A stretch of 64,000 nt of DNA from Nemertoderma westbladi (lineage: Eukaryota; Animalia; Xenacoelomorpha). The notes beneath the pieces are model-generated. The model did no database searches, was not told the origin of the DNA, and saw nothing but the letters and a program-made list of their open reading frames with translations. The stretch lies in assembly GCA_032718475.1 (NCBI GenBank), contig JAUCBJ010006943.1, positions 58,502-122,501 on the forward strand, in the 5' to 3' direction. Position numbers and translations under genes: made by a program. Below are positions 1 to 13,500 of the stretch, in pieces. The stretch's first letter is position 1; the number at the start of each line of letters is the position of its first letter.

Positions 1-466
1 TTGTATAGGCCTACCTAACAATTAGGCTTAAACATACAGTTGGCTTATAATTAAGTCATACTTATAATACATTGTTACTTTCTGACTTTACCTGTTTACT
101 AACGTAACATCGGCATAGCATAGACCTAATAACAATACAACAATAGAGTACTGTAGTTAAAATAAATAGACAAATTCAGCTCCGGTTGCCGGTATTACAG
201 TATTATGGTGAAGTGATTGTGACTGTTTGAAGAATTGGTAATGAGAAACTAATGCGAGCGCAGCGAGCGAAATTTTTTTGTGTATTTTCGTGATTTCAAT
301 TAATTTGTGGTGCGCATCAGAGGCAGAGCTGCGCGCTGAGGCGCATTAGCGCACCTGTCTCACACCCGAACGCGCACCTGTCTCACCCAAACGCGCAACG
401 CGCATCTGGTTTGCGGTCATTCGCGCAGGTACGCGTCCGAGTTTTGCAGCATGAATTCCAACCTGG
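1..466. mobile_element. Right part of a hAT-like MITE, truncated by the window edge; same family as 3953-4774
   Basis: Ends in GCAGCATGAATTCCAACCTGG, the same terminal repeat as the complete copy; internal blocks (GTATTATGGTGAA, GGTGCGCATCAGA) are shared. Confidence 0.7.
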
Positions 467-600
467 ATTCTTGCTACAAATTAAAAACGGTAGGCCTATG
501 CGTTGGCGTTAGGCCTATAGCAGTTAGGCCTATAGTGTACTAGTCAGGTAGTCAGATAGTCTGCCAGTAGTCTGGTATTTGTTTGTTGCAATATTTCATT

Positions 601-2759
601 GGGTATAACTTTTCGCCGTATCCGTATGCATATTATTATTATTATTATTATTAACACCTCATACTGTCATATATTATAAAATTATTAACAGAGGGAGAAA
701 ATCACCAAGGTTAAAAATTAACACTAACAGACTAATAGGTGAAAGACAACCAGACAACACTAAATATCTACAACTTAATATTAATCCATGTCAGCATGTA
801 CAATACCGACAACTAACAATATTGCATGAATAGTCCAGTCTAAAAATATACAGTAGGCCTAAAACATTAGTGTGACATAAAAACATACATTAAGAAATGA
901 ATTTGACATAGGCCTAATATGTAATAAAATTAGCCTACAGCAAGAAAATTTGACTTCCAACGTCTATGCAGTCCAGTAAAATATATCTAGTAAGACAACA
1001 TACATTAAAATCGACTTGGCCGTCCAGTAAAACTTGTCCAGTCTAAAAAATAAAATACATACAGTATAAAAATACAGGGTAATTCAATAGCATTGTCTAA
1101 AAATATTGAAATAAAAATTATAACAATCGATTAAATTTACAATAGGTTAGTAGATTTGCCTCCTTCAATCTAGAAGTAAAAATATCTTTGTTGGATGAGT
1201 TCACTATGTCATCCGATAAATTATTCCAAATTGAAACAACTCGGTTACTAAAACGAAATTTACTAATTTGGAGTCTAGTGCGATATTGAAACAGTTTAAA
1301 ATTATGACCTCTTGTCACAATTTTCACTGGTGTACTCGCACCAGTGAAAAGGGAATCAAAATCCAAATCAACACAATTGTGAATAATGGAGTATGTCATT
1401 TTTAAATCGAAAATTAACCTACGGACTTCTAGAGGTTGTAAGTCCAAAAACTGCAAATGCTCCATGTAGGTTATATTACCTAGTCGGCATCGAGCAAATA
1501 ACCTACGCGTGAAATAACGCTGGACTCTTTCGTTCAGATCAATGGAGCCCAGTTGGAAAGGGGACCATATGGGAGTACAATATTCTACCAGCGGCCGAAC
1601 GTACGCTTTATATGCCATTAATAAAGCTTTTACATTACTGGTATGGAAGCACCTAAAAATTAAATTTGCGATCTTAAAACCTTTAGCAGCTTGAACTTTA
1701 CAATGTCGATCGAATCCTAAATCTCTATATGCCAATACATATATATATACATATGTACATATATATACATATATGTATATATATACTATTGTTCACAATA
1801 CAAAAACGTTTGAACACAAAAAGTATGTATATATATATACATATATATACATATGCCAATGCCAGTATGCATTTGCCGTATCCGTCCGTCCGTATGTCAG
1901 TATGTACGTACATTTCTTATAGGAAGGGATCTATGGGTCTTGCCAACACATTGTTAGTATGTACATATGCGTATGTAGGTAATGGATTCCTATGGAGAAT
2001 ATTCCGTATGTGATTTTAGAGATTAGGCATTGCGGACCAGTAAGAAATGCACAGCACACATGCAGACTGAAGACAGGTAGGCCTACTTAAAGCTAAGTGA
2101 TTTAAAGAGTGTGGCTGCCGCTACCTTATGTCAAATAAACAATGCAGGACAGGTCCAGCATGAGTGACAGCCAGTGTCCGCCAGCCCCGGGATGCGCCAG
2201 CAGTGCAGTAGCAGTACCTATTAACCAGTTAACTCTTCTTGACGCCGCTTGGAAAACTAACCACCCCGTGATTTATTTTTGAACTGTTTTTCACCAACCT
2301 GGCTATAGAATATTGTTGGTTGCTACAGTATATGGCACTAACATAACAGCGTAGTATAGACTGATAGAAGCAGCAATGAGAATGCTAAGGGAATCAACAT
2401 TCGCACAGATATTGAAAACCGTCGTGCCAGTCTGTCCTTCTTTGTTAATTTATTAACATATAATATCCTAATAACCTAAAATAATAATAATAACCTACCT
2501 TTACTTACGCTGTTTCGGGGCCAGTATTTAGTCGCCATTTATTTGCCATTAGGTAGCGGCAGCCGCACTCTTTAAATCATATCGCTTTTAAGTAGGCCTA
2601 CCTGTCTTCAGTCTGCATGTGTGTTGTGCACTTCTTACTGGTCCGCAATGCCTAATCTTTAAAATCACATACGGATTATTCTCCATAGGAATCCATTACA
2701 TACGCGTATGTGCACAGGGATACATCAAATGCATACGGATACGGCGAAAAGTTATACCC
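601..2759. mobile_element. Non-autonomous DNA transposon with long inverted repeats (possibly PIF/Harbinger-like); left arm split by a LINE insertion
   Basis: GGGTATAACTTTTCGCCGTATCCGTATGCA at 601-630 is the reverse complement of 2730-2759; a further ~160-nt arm at ~1965-2127 is inverted at ~2550-2710. Confidence 0.7.
631..1735 (-). mobile_element. 5'-truncated CR1/L2-type LINE: ORF2 C-terminus (1118-1735), 3' UTR and (TAA)n tail
   Basis: Motifs RPLVEYCTPIWSP, ERVQRYFTR, TRGHNFKL and FSNRVVSIWNNL are typical of the CR1/L2 ORF2 end; (TTA)n at 631-653 is the minus-strand tail. Confidence 0.8.
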
Positions 2760-3952
2760 TATTTCGTTTCTCACAAGTCCAGTAGGCCAGGCTTATTCCT
2801 TTAAAGTTGGTCTATACTGCTATATAGTGGTCATGTCTCATGTCATAGCCAGTCATCCACAGCTACATTATCCTTGTGTTGGTTGCTCAAAAAGAAGATA
2901 TGGTTTGACCTCATGTTTACTTCTTAACTTCTCCAGCAGTGCCCAGTGAATGCAGGAGTGCAGGTGCAGGTAACAGAGAGTGCAGGAGTGGTTGAAGATC
3001 CTAGTTGTATTCTGCCATAACGATCTGCTTTTCTTATGTCTGTTACCAGCTGGTTTCCTTAGCCCTTATCCATTAGTAATCTTGCTGTCTTGTTTACCAA
3101 GTCATTATTCAAGTTATTTTGTCAGTGTCTACTAGGTCCAGGTCTCTTGCCTGTCTAAACGTACATGTTCCAATGGGGATTAAAAGAACTTCGTCTTCAG
3201 GTGACGGTAGAAGTCTGATGTCCAGATGGTATCAATTTTTTGATAGAGCTACCAATGCCTTTGCTTTCCTAACTTCTGTATTTTTTATGCTACTCTCTAT
3301 CCACGACCTGATGATCCAAGGGACTGGAAGTCTGCTTACATTTGTGGATTATTATCAATTGTGGTCAAGATTCCATAAATATTAAAAATCATGTATTGTA
3401 TACGTATGGATAGCACTTATATGCGCTGCAACATCCTTAGCATCCATCTCTACTTTATTCAGTAGAAGTTGTGCAGTGCATAATGCTTGTAGGTTAGTTA
3501 GCATATCACAAAGCATGGCAATGTCTTCCATAAAGTCTGTGATGCTGAGACTTTAGTTGCTGGGTGTTTGCTTCTTCTACGTTCTTGTAGTGTGAATCCA
3601 AGTTCTTTATCCTTTGTGGCTGTATCTTAATCCTTTGTGGCTGAATATCACCTCCTTGTGTCACCTTGCAGTATGCCAAAATAACTCAGTTTCACCATCT
3701 GGTAAGAGCTGAAGAGTACCGGTACCTGAGCTTCTGTGACACACTCACAATATATCAATCAAATGCCAGCGTCACATCAAATACTTCTGGTATTCCATAA
3801 ATTTTAGTATTCCCAACGCCAACATTTTACCTCTGTGGATGGATACGAATGCTTTCTTAAAGTCTAGGCCTATTGTTCGTTCGTGTATTTATATGTGTTC
3901 ATAAATCCATTTAGGTTCTTATGCAGCAGTTTCTCTATATGAGGTCTAATTC

Positions 3953-4774
3953 CCAGGTTGGAATTCATGCATGAGTGCGCAGGTATGCTTTGGTGTTTCG
4001 AGGTCACCACACACCTGAAATTGGCTCATCATGCTCTTTATCATAATTTATACAAAATCACACAGCTCATGTCATGCATATGGCATATCAAAAATCGCGC
4101 ACCTCAGAAGAACAATTTTTCATTCCCTTTTTACACGTATGACTGAGCATTTCAAAGCTAATCTTAGTATATATATTTAATCTACAGAATAAATGTAAAT
4201 GCAACATCAAAATTATTAATATTAAAAAAATATATTAATCCACTATATTTACGTAGGCATACCAGTACATATATTTGAAAAAATATTATTCTACTGTATA
4301 AAATTTGGATAAAAATGCAATACTTCATTAGGTACCAGTAATACTATTGTGTTGTACAGTAGGGCCTTATAATTAACTCATAGGCCTACTTAATACATAG
4401 GCCCTTAGCCCTAGATACTTTACTAGCATAGCATAATAACAATAATAGTAAAAGTAAATTGCCCAATTGCATTGCAATTGGATGCAATATTGCATCAATT
4501 TTCAGGACTGGTATTATGGTGAAATATTAAAGGAAATTTGAACAATTCAAAATGAAAAAGAAACGCGAGAGAAATGAGCAATTTTGTTGTGTATTTTAGT
4601 GATTTTACTTAATTTGGGGTGCGCATCAGAACTGCATGCTGGTTCCCAGCCCATCAGAGCTGGGCGCTGACGCTGGTGTGCAATGCACCACTCTCACCAG
4701 GGTGTACCTTACACCTGATGCACGGTCATTCCACAGGTATGCGTCAGAATTTTGCAGCATGAATTCCAACCTGG
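3953..4774. mobile_element. hAT-like MITE with 8-bp target-site duplication
   Basis: TIRs CCAGGTTGGAATTCATGC / GCATGAATTCCAACCTGG; TCTAATTC duplicated at 3945-3952 and 4775-4782; the LINE sequence is continuous across the insertion. Confidence 0.85.
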
Positions 4775-5079
4775 TCTAATTCTATATAGAACCGTTTTGT
4801 TATATATTTTGGTGGCTACCACAAGGAGACTGATCCCATGATTTTTTTGTTGGTATACCGAATTCTCCTTTCTTGGGGGAGGCAGATTCACTTTTACTCC
4901 AAATTGGTAGTGGCTTTTCTCCTTTCAGCATTAGGTTGCAAATATCCAAAAATAGTCTGTTCAGCACTCTGTTTTCCATACTACAATCAGGATTTCATCA
5001 TACCCATTCGCTTTATGATTGGACATGGACATGCTTTAAATGCTTCTCTGGAATTTATAGCTATCATTGGCACAGCTTT

Positions 5080-5190
5080 GCAAAGTCGGCAATGAAGTCC
5101 AGGTGGGATCAAACTGGTGACCTCCAAGTTGGAAGACAGACGCTCTAACCATTACACTAGTGGCTCAGGTAAAAGGTAGACCTGGAAATC
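5080..5190 (-). mobile_element. tRNA-derived SINE head
   Basis: The minus strand has A-box-like TAGTGTAATGGTTAGAGC and B-box-like GTTTGATCCC; a homologous copy lies at ~20090-20197. Confidence 0.6.
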
Positions 5191-7039
5191 GCACCTGCTC
5201 TAATTTATGTCCTCATGGCCTCACATCTGCCAATACCATCATCTGCTGCCATCTTCTCTCTTCTTCTTTGGAGTTTGGCAAGTGTGGCCATTTTTCTATG
5301 AGTAGTGTCTCATATATTTTCCTTGGAGGGCTGATGTCAATGTTTGGTGGCTGACCAATAAATTTGCTCTTTTGTGATCTTTCCATTTCTTATCATGTTA
5401 TTCAGGACTACCTGTATCTGCTCTGATCTTTCTCTTATAAGTAACATCAGAGTCTTGTCATAGGGCGTACTATTTTTGTTTGGGTTTCTGGGGAATATGC
5501 CTCTTGGCTGATTCCTTTTGGGCTTTTCTTGTATTCTGGCATATAGAATCAGCTGACTGGTCTTTGTCCATTGACTGGAGTATCACAAAGTGGTTTTGAA
5601 CTTCTACTGTATAAGCAACCTTTACCACTTTGTCAGTTCGAAGTTTCTCCAAGTCATGGTTGATTCACTTGCTTGTCCTGGGAATGTTTGCTCTCAAACT
5701 GAATCTAACCTCTACAGTCATGATTCTGTGGTCTGAACCAATTAGGTTGATTGAACTGTATGTCTCGCAATTATTCATTCTGTCCCCCCACTTTCTGCGC
5801 TTTGGTTCTGTTAGGGTATTGTTGCATCTTTTTATATACATTAAGATTAACAGCATTTTATTTATGATTCATAAAGCAGAAATAATTTTGCATGAAATCA
5901 TTTAATCTTTTCACAAAGGCTTAGCCTCAGAGACATTTAGATCGATTTATATGATTCTGTCAAGATATATTCATTATATTTTAGACTGATTTGATTCTTT
6001 ACTGAGAAAGCTGTCAACTTTGCATATATTTTCAGGTGTATCATTTGTAGCAGAAAATAAGGATACCAGTACAATCATTGTGCATCAATATAGAACTATA
6101 TCTCAAAGGGGCATGTATTGTCCAGTCTCCAGTCCATGCAGATATGATTACTCCAGACCATATATATATCTATGAGGATGCTGATTAATATTCTAATCAA
6201 TATTCAATACCCAGTGTGATTTGTGAGATTGACAATATTCATTATTTGTGATTCATATGAGACGACAATTGATACTTGGCTCGTTTGTACTTAATTGTAT
6301 ATTTCTAGGTTACACCTATGAGAGGTGTTTGATCAGTTAGTGGGATGCAGTTATCCCAAGTCTGAGACTGGACGCTGAAATATCTTCTTGCTTATAATTC
6401 ATTAGAGCAAATAGTTGACAAAGATCTGCTACTCATCTATCCTATTATACCCAGAGGACCAATTAATATTAACTACAATTGTTAATGATATCACTCACCT
6501 GAGCCTCTGACTTGTCTGAGGTGAGAACTAGCCATCAGGAAGCAGCAATATATATTTTTTCAATAAGAGAAGAGATCAGCCAGTAAGGGATTCTTTTTGA
6601 CAAGAATACAGGGTTGTCTGACTGAAAAGTGCTATATATTTGCATTTTGTCACCCTGCTTAGGAAGAGAACCCTTTTTTAAAAACTAAAAATTAGTTGAT
6701 GTTGCATAAGAACTAAAGTATATACCAGTATGCAAATGCCTTAGTAGTATTCGGTATGTAACTACTCTGCTATAAATGAGCAATACCAGTTATCATCTTA
6801 TGCTGCACTATTATATGCATTCTATTATATGTTTAATTGCTTAACATATATCAGCCCCCAACAAAGATCTAAATATATACCCCCATTTACCAATTACTTA
6901 CTGATATATAGTTCTATATTATGCTAAACACAGTTATTACAGTGAATTATGTTTTTTGAGTTTACAATATTTATAATATTGAATTCACTTTATAGATATA
7001 GCAATTTCCTTCTAAGATATATTATTACATAGCCAAAAA

Positions 7040-10000
7040 ATGTATGGACAAGAAAAATTTCGTTATTGCGATTTATGTCATTTTAATGTCCCAAACACTG
7101 ATGTATATTGGAGTGGTCATCTTCAATCTATGTTTCATAATGAAAGACTTCGTGCATCTCAGATGCATAATACTGGGCAGGTTTTCCCCATGACACCCAG
7201 TCAATCCCAAACAGTAAACCCCGGGTGGTCAGGTCATATGATGAGACATCCACCTCCTCCATTGCCTTCATCATTATTGTCTGTTGGCCCTCAGGTTTCT
7301 ATCAAGAATATTTACTCAATGCAGGATACAAATACATCTTGGAACAGGGATAAGGGTGGTTTTGAACCAATGACATCAAATTTTACTAATCCTGGTGGTT
7401 CTTCTAATCCAAGTCGAGACATACAACAAACAAAATGTGAAGTATGTAATATATTTGTTGAAACTAAGTTATGGAGTTCACATAAATCAACTAATGAACA
7501 TATATACAATAGTTGGAAATCATTAGACAATTTATATGCAGAAGCTAAGATTGAAAGTGCTAAGAAGTTTGATCTTAATACTAAACAAGGAGGTAAGTTT
7601 TTTTCTGAAGATCGTAATGATTGTTCTGAGCCTATGGTTGCTTGTGATAATAGAATATCACAGTTGCAACCGGCTTCTCATAAATTACAGCCTAAGAATG
7701 TTCAATGGGAATGGAATTCAAAGGCAATGGAATTTATACCTCAACAAGATAATATTACAAAAAAATTACCAATTGGTGGATTTAATCCTAGGGACACTCA
7801 GATATCAGCATCTAAACAAAGTCAAAAGGGTGATGATTCTGGGACTCGATTGCAGTCGCATACTCGTGAAGAGAAGAAAACTAATAATGCTGGACATAAG
7901 ACTAAGAAAAAGTCAAGATCCCGCTCATACTCATATGGTGATAGGCAGAGGCACCGCCATTCATCTTCCTCATCACGACACAGACACCATACGCCGACTA
8001 AATCACACCATAGAGGAGAATCACGACAAGACTACAAACCTAAAAAGTCTAGTCGACATGAGAGGGAGGAAAAACCTGGAAAGAATAAGTCCATTGCAAA
8101 AGAAGATAAGAATAAGAAATCTATACTTCCTCATTGCAAAGTGACATCAACAAATGAAGATGAGCATGTAAAGAATCCATCTCTAGAGAGTGCTGTATTA
8201 CCAGAAACTACTGTAACAAACAAGGGTCAAGCCAGTAAAGCATCATATAAGGTGTTATTTTGTATTTACTGTAGTGATAGTATTTTAAATATTGGTGATA
8301 GTGAAGACCCATGGAAAACACATGTTCAGTCAGAGAAACATACTGAGTCAATTGAATCACTTGGGATAATTCCAGAGAAAGCCCAGCCAGCTCTTGTTAC
8401 TGCTGAAAATTCATCAGTTGATAGCGTATATTGTGAAAGTTGCGATGAAGTATTGCATTATATTGATATAATACCATGGCAGAAGCATATTAATGGCGCT
8501 GCACATAAACAGAAAGCAATTGTATTCAAAAATACAGATAGTCCCCATCATTGTGATTTTTGTGCTGTCAAGGTCAAGAAATCACTTCCCCAATCATGGA
8601 AACATCATTTACAATCAGCTTTACATAATTCTAAAACATTAATGGCCTTTCAGTCAGGTAGAATACCCCAATGTAAGGTGTACCAGCAATATGATAATTG
8701 GTATGATATAGATAGAGAATGCCTCATTCTGGATGAGGGAAAATCGAAAGATCAAGTCATTGGAAAAGAAGAACAAGAAAATGCTAGTCAAACTGAACAA
8801 GTGGATTTTAAATATGAGGATAAAAATAACAAAATTGACAATACTGTTGCTGAAGGAATATTTAGGAAGAAACCATCAATATATATGAACTTCCAAGAAA
8901 AGAAGGTTTCAAAACCAAATCCAAAAAGTGAATTTACAATTGAAAGCTCTATGAGTGTAAACAAACCCCTGAAATCTTTAAATGATGGTCTTAAACCTGA
9001 TCAAAATATAAACATAACAGAAGGTAAACCTACTGAGAAAAAAAATACCAATCCTAAAGTCAGTATACCACCACTGGTAGATTATGTGTCCAATAAAGAT
9101 GTTAGGGCTGGAAAGAGCTTCCCAAACCCGAGGGGTCAAATAGAACCAAATGTAAAAGGTCCTGATTTTGCACATCAAAAATCTACAAATGGTGATGCTA
9201 TAGTCCCTTCAACTTCAACTCTATGGCCAACAGATTTGCAAACAGGACGGTACATCCTCCACAAAGTAACAGGATGTGTTATTTGTGACAAACTCTTTGA
9301 AGCCACTCATAATTGGTTAAAGCATCAGAAGACACCGCAACACAAATCAAGGGTATTGTCATTGGGTAGAACAGCATATGGTAGAAAGGTAAATGAAAGA
9401 GCCTCAGTTCAAAGTCAATTAATTGTGGAAAAGTTAGGTATTGATGTTTCCACAACCTCTATTGCTGAGATAAAGAAGCATGCTTCCACTAGTGGAATCC
9501 ATCCTGTATTTGACCCCCGTTCTCAGAACATTATAATACATAAAATAAATGGTTGTCGTATCTGTACCTGTACCTTTTATAGACAAACAAATTGGAGCAT
9601 GCATAAGATACGTTTTTTGCATCTACAAGTTATGGATACCATTATAGATAAAGTTAATGCTGAAGAAATTTTATCTCAATTAGATACAGAGTATGAATCT
9701 TATTGTGAAACTCTTGATATTCCCATTACAGAAGATAAAGACTACAGTTTGTGGATGGAGAAGAAACTTGCAAAGGATAAAAGTAATGCTGATAAAGGTG
9801 AGAAGGTAATTAGAAATGCACATGGGATTCCTGCTGTAAAGTCAGGCCAAGTAAAGGGTTTAGATTTTACTACCGCAAGTAAACGTCAGTCTGCTATAGT
9901 CAGTGAAACCACTAGAGGTGTTGGAGCTGGTGGAATCCATGATAGAAATATTTGCAGTGACTTTGTATTTCCATTTGGATTAGTTTGGAAATTGAATTGG

Positions 10001-10525
10001 TGTGGTATATGTGATATTACATTTGATAATCCTCATTCATTTGTAACAGAAGCTTGGTTCAGCCATTCAAGTATACCAGCTCATATAGATCGGCTGACAA
10101 GGGCCTTTCAAACAAATGGGAGACGGTATGTTGAGGCATTGCAATGCCAACTTATCAAACACTATGAATCTAAGCTTAGTCAAATACATCAGCAATGGGA
10201 TAATTTGACTTTTCCTGGAGGAATTAAGAAATCCATTAATAGTCCTGAGTTTGAAATGGCTAGGGATAAAACACATGCTATTAATTGGTGTGGAATATGT
10301 GATATAAACATGTATAATGTATCTGGCTATTTTATTTCACACTCTTGGATGCAACACACCCGTGAAGAAAACCATATCTCAAACTTGAGAGTTATTGAAT
10401 CAGAACATGGAATTAGAGGGCAGGCGTTTCTTTTAAAGTTGGAGGAGCAAATCACTGTTCACTTTATTGGCATTGAAACTAAGGCATTAAATGAATTAGC
10501 ACAGCTGAACATCTCTATAAGGTAG
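7040..10525 (+). CDS. 1161-aa protein with about nine dispersed U1/matrin(JAZ)-type C2H2 zinc fingers and an Arg/Ser/His-rich low-complexity segment; putative RNA-binding protein
   Basis: Uninterrupted 3.5-kb ORF in AT-rich DNA with repeated CxxC..WxxHxxxxxH motifs (e.g. CDLC..WSGHLQSMFH, CDFC..WKHHLQSALH, CVIC..WLKHQKTPQH, CGIC..WMQHTREENH) and an SRSRSYS/HRHH tract. Confidence 0.85.
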   Translation: MYGQEKFRYCDLCHFNVPNTDVYWSGHLQSMFHNERLRASQMHNTGQVFPMTPSQSQTVNPGWSGHMMRHPPPPLPSSLLSVGPQVSIKNIYSMQDTNTSWNRDKGGFEPMTSNFTNPGGSSNPSRDIQQTKCEVCNIFVETKLWSSHKSTNEHIYNSWKSLDNLYAEAKIESAKKFDLNTKQGGKFFSEDRNDCSEPMVACDNRISQLQPASHKLQPKNVQWEWNSKAMEFIPQQDNITKKLPIGGFNPRDTQISASKQSQKGDDSGTRLQSHTREEKKTNNAGHKTKKKSRSRSYSYGDRQRHRHSSSSSRHRHHTPTKSHHRGESRQDYKPKKSSRHEREEKPGKNKSIAKEDKNKKSILPHCKVTSTNEDEHVKNPSLESAVLPETTVTNKGQASKASYKVLFCIYCSDSILNIGDSEDPWKTHVQSEKHTESIESLGIIPEKAQPALVTAENSSVDSVYCESCDEVLHYIDIIPWQKHINGAAHKQKAIVFKNTDSPHHCDFCAVKVKKSLPQSWKHHLQSALHNSKTLMAFQSGRIPQCKVYQQYDNWYDIDRECLILDEGKSKDQVIGKEEQENASQTEQVDFKYEDKNNKIDNTVAEGIFRKKPSIYMNFQEKKVSKPNPKSEFTIESSMSVNKPLKSLNDGLKPDQNINITEGKPTEKKNTNPKVSIPPLVDYVSNKDVRAGKSFPNPRGQIEPNVKGPDFAHQKSTNGDAIVPSTSTLWPTDLQTGRYILHKVTGCVICDKLFEATHNWLKHQKTPQHKSRVLSLGRTAYGRKVNERASVQSQLIVEKLGIDVSTTSIAEIKKHASTSGIHPVFDPRSQNIIIHKINGCRICTCTFYRQTNWSMHKIRFLHLQVMDTIIDKVNAEEILSQLDTEYESYCETLDIPITEDKDYSLWMEKKLAKDKSNADKGEKVIRNAHGIPAVKSGQVKGLDFTTASKRQSAIVSETTRGVGAGGIHDRNICSDFVFPFGLVWKLNWCGICDITFDNPHSFVTEAWFSHSSIPAHIDRLTRAFQTNGRRYVEALQCQLIKHYESKLSQIHQQWDNLTFPGGIKKSINSPEFEMARDKTHAINWCGICDINMYNVSGYFISHSWMQHTREENHISNLRVIESEHGIRGQAFLLKLEEQITVHFIGIETKALNELAQLNISIR

Positions 10526-13500
10526 TTATTATTATTTTCATTGGGTGATGCGTAAACGCCCATCATTTACCTATACATTGCATATTTTAAGTCAAACTTA
10601 TTTTGGGACGATTATATACTATACCAAAGATATTATTTATGTTAATCAACTACGTTATGGAACTTAAATGATGAAACTACTCCTTAATGAAATGATGCTA
10701 ATGAATTGAAATATCTAACCTTATACAGATAATTTTCTTTATTGTATTGTTTATTTCTACTGAAATATCATATTTAATCTTCAAATTCTGTTTTCTTTCA
10801 AGTTTCTTCTTCAGTTTTTGATGTCCAGTCTGTCCTGTCAGTAAAGGCCATAAACAGAGAAATAATCTACATTAATTCAAACATGTAAAGACAAGTCCGA
10901 CCACTGGACAATCAAATGTTGTCCCAGATAGATACTCTCGATTTTTTGTAATAATTTTGGTGGAATCTTCAACATGTATCGTATAAATAAGAATTCTAAA
11001 TCCTAACTAAATCCTATTACATCATTCATTAATTTTGTGGTTGTCAATCTGGGTTGTGTTATGGGAATGTCCGAGGTCTTCAATCCTTGTCAATTAGGAT
11101 GGCCTACTTAACAGTCAATGATGCAATTTCATTAGGTTCGATTTTGCATTTGTACCACACAAATTTGATTACATATTGATTTGTTCAATGGGTTTTCTTA
11201 TGGTCCCAGACAGACCTTCCCTTCTTGTGCTGATGCTGATATCTAAGATCATTGTAATAAGAATTATTGCTGGTTTGTCATGGCAGCTGGTGATCCTAGT
11301 CACACTTATATTGAATTTGTAGACAGAATCGGATAGGATTGCAACAAGGGATCACTTCTGAGAGCCTCCCACAAGAGGCTCTTATAATGCTTAGATTGTA
11401 CATTGTCATATTTTCTTGGGGTTGGTCTCACCCCCTCACCTGTTTTTGAAATGGATGTTGTCTTTGTCAGTGGGATGAGTTTCTACCATTTCTAAATCTC
11501 TGGCAGACCTGATACAGAAGAAATCCCTCAGAAGAGAGTTCTCTTGTTGAATGGTTATGGGATAGGTCAGGATACAATTTGTACCTCTGTCTGGTGTAGG
11601 TTGTTCTGTTTTATTGGCATTAGTCGCATCTGTTATTGAAACAAACTATGCTTTTGTCAAATGGCGATATGACTGGTTACAATTTTTACCATACTGAATC
11701 TGATGGCCATTCAACAGACATGTCTGTTCTAGGTAGTCATTTTTGGTTGGGGCTGGTTGTACCGGTTGTTAAATGAATGGATGACCTTGTTGAATGGCAA
11801 TTGGACGGGATATTTCTATCTTTACCGAATCTCTGAATGCCATCTAGGCTATAACATGCAAGTCTGTCGCAGTCGCAGGTTGTCCTATTCTATGTGAGGT
11901 GGATCTGGTTACATCTGTTGTTAAAACTGATGATGATCTATCGATGGGAATGGTGAGGGATGACTTCAACTATTGCATTTCGATCTGTATGGATTGATGA
12001 ATATTTTTTGTCAGTGCTCCCTTTCATGTTTATAGATTATACCTGAACTTTTAGATACATTTATCTGTATTGAGTGTGTCAATGTATTTGTACAATTGTG
12101 CAGAATGTAATGTTGTACGATCCTTACTTACATACAGTGTTGGTAAGTTACATTAGTTTCATGTATGTGTGTGTATCTACATGACACCTATCATATTAAT
12201 AAGTTTTCTTATTTTTATTTGCTTATATATTCTTAATGTTTGTAAGTCTAAGAAGATCTATGATCGTAGTTTATATGTTCCATTCATAATACATAAGGCA
12301 TATCCATATGTATAGATATATTATTCTATAGAGATACTGTCTGCCATAATGTATAAGCCATAATGCCATAATTGTAGAAGGTGCACTGGATATTGATAAT
12401 ATCAGATCTGTATAGTTTAATATTTATAGTACTGGTTATATGGTTACACGGAAAAGTGTTGCTCTGGTGCAACATATTTACCGGTTTGGCTGACTCATAC
12501 GACCATATTTTTCGAAATAAAATAGAATAATTGTTTTACATTAAATTTATTAATTGTAGATGGAATAATAAAACCAAAAAGCTACATTTTTAACTATACT
12601 GTTGTTTCGTAGCTTTAGTTTTATTATATTGGAATAATATGAGTACATGATGCACTGTATGTCAATGCGAAATAATAAATTGTAGTGGTGGTCGGTGGAT
12701 ATATGCTAAATACTTTTATAATTTTTTTCTGCTTCTGGTAGGTATACTTCAAGTAATTTTATTGTTCGTTTGTTGTTGTTTTATTTATATACAAGTTTGT
12801 TGTTTTGTTTACTTATACCAATCATCTCGTTGAAGCGGATTATTTTGTGATCTGGTACTGCCATCCAACATTAGTGAATCGCTAATATTTGGTATTGTGA
12901 CTAGTGTTTTTGAGAATATGGATCAACTATCCGATTATTTAACCTAAAAGTATTAAAAAATTAAAAAAATGTATCAAAAAGAACATATAAACAGTACTTT
13001 AAAAATGGTACTTTAAACAGTACTTAAATTTCTATTCAAATATTCAAATTTTCTTTATTTAATAGTATATTCAAGCACATTGAATTAGCCTGCTGACACG
13101 GCATTAAATTACAATTAATTTTTCAGCCTTATAAAATTTTAATTACAATAATATCATATTAATATGATTATTACTAATATTCGAATATATAATTGGGAGT
13201 ATTCTCTGAAACACTAAATTCTCAAGAGAATGTTTATCAAAGTACTGTTTGTTCAATATATAATTGAAGCTTAATTATTAATTGTTGAATATTATCTCAT
13301 TGAGCATTTAGTTAACTGATAGAAAATCTTCATTTATTCTAAACATATATAACGAATCAATCTGTAGTATTTCTCCATATATTTAACCTTAGTTGTGTTT
13401 GGTGTTATATTTGTTTTTGTGGTGGATGATATATTAATTAGTTAGTTATTATTACTTATTTATTTTCTGTTTAATCTCCAACTCCAAGTAATATTATTAC

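Larger units (their letters stand above)
2990..5830 (-). mobile_element. Decayed RTE-like LINE interrupted by a MITE and a SINE; boundaries approximate
   Basis: Fragments KESAKRHIPQKPK and GISLLVVATKIYNK match the plus-strand copy at 26610-29760; GSDHRIM is an endonuclease-end motif; many frameshifts. Confidence 0.75.

Noticed and set aside
1725-2013. Tyr/Ile-rich short ORFs
   Set aside because: Translation of a (TA/CA)n microsatellite.
10900-12150. Possible decayed LINE ORF1 or other coding remnant on the minus strand
   Set aside because: The composition is suggestive but no motif could be recovered.
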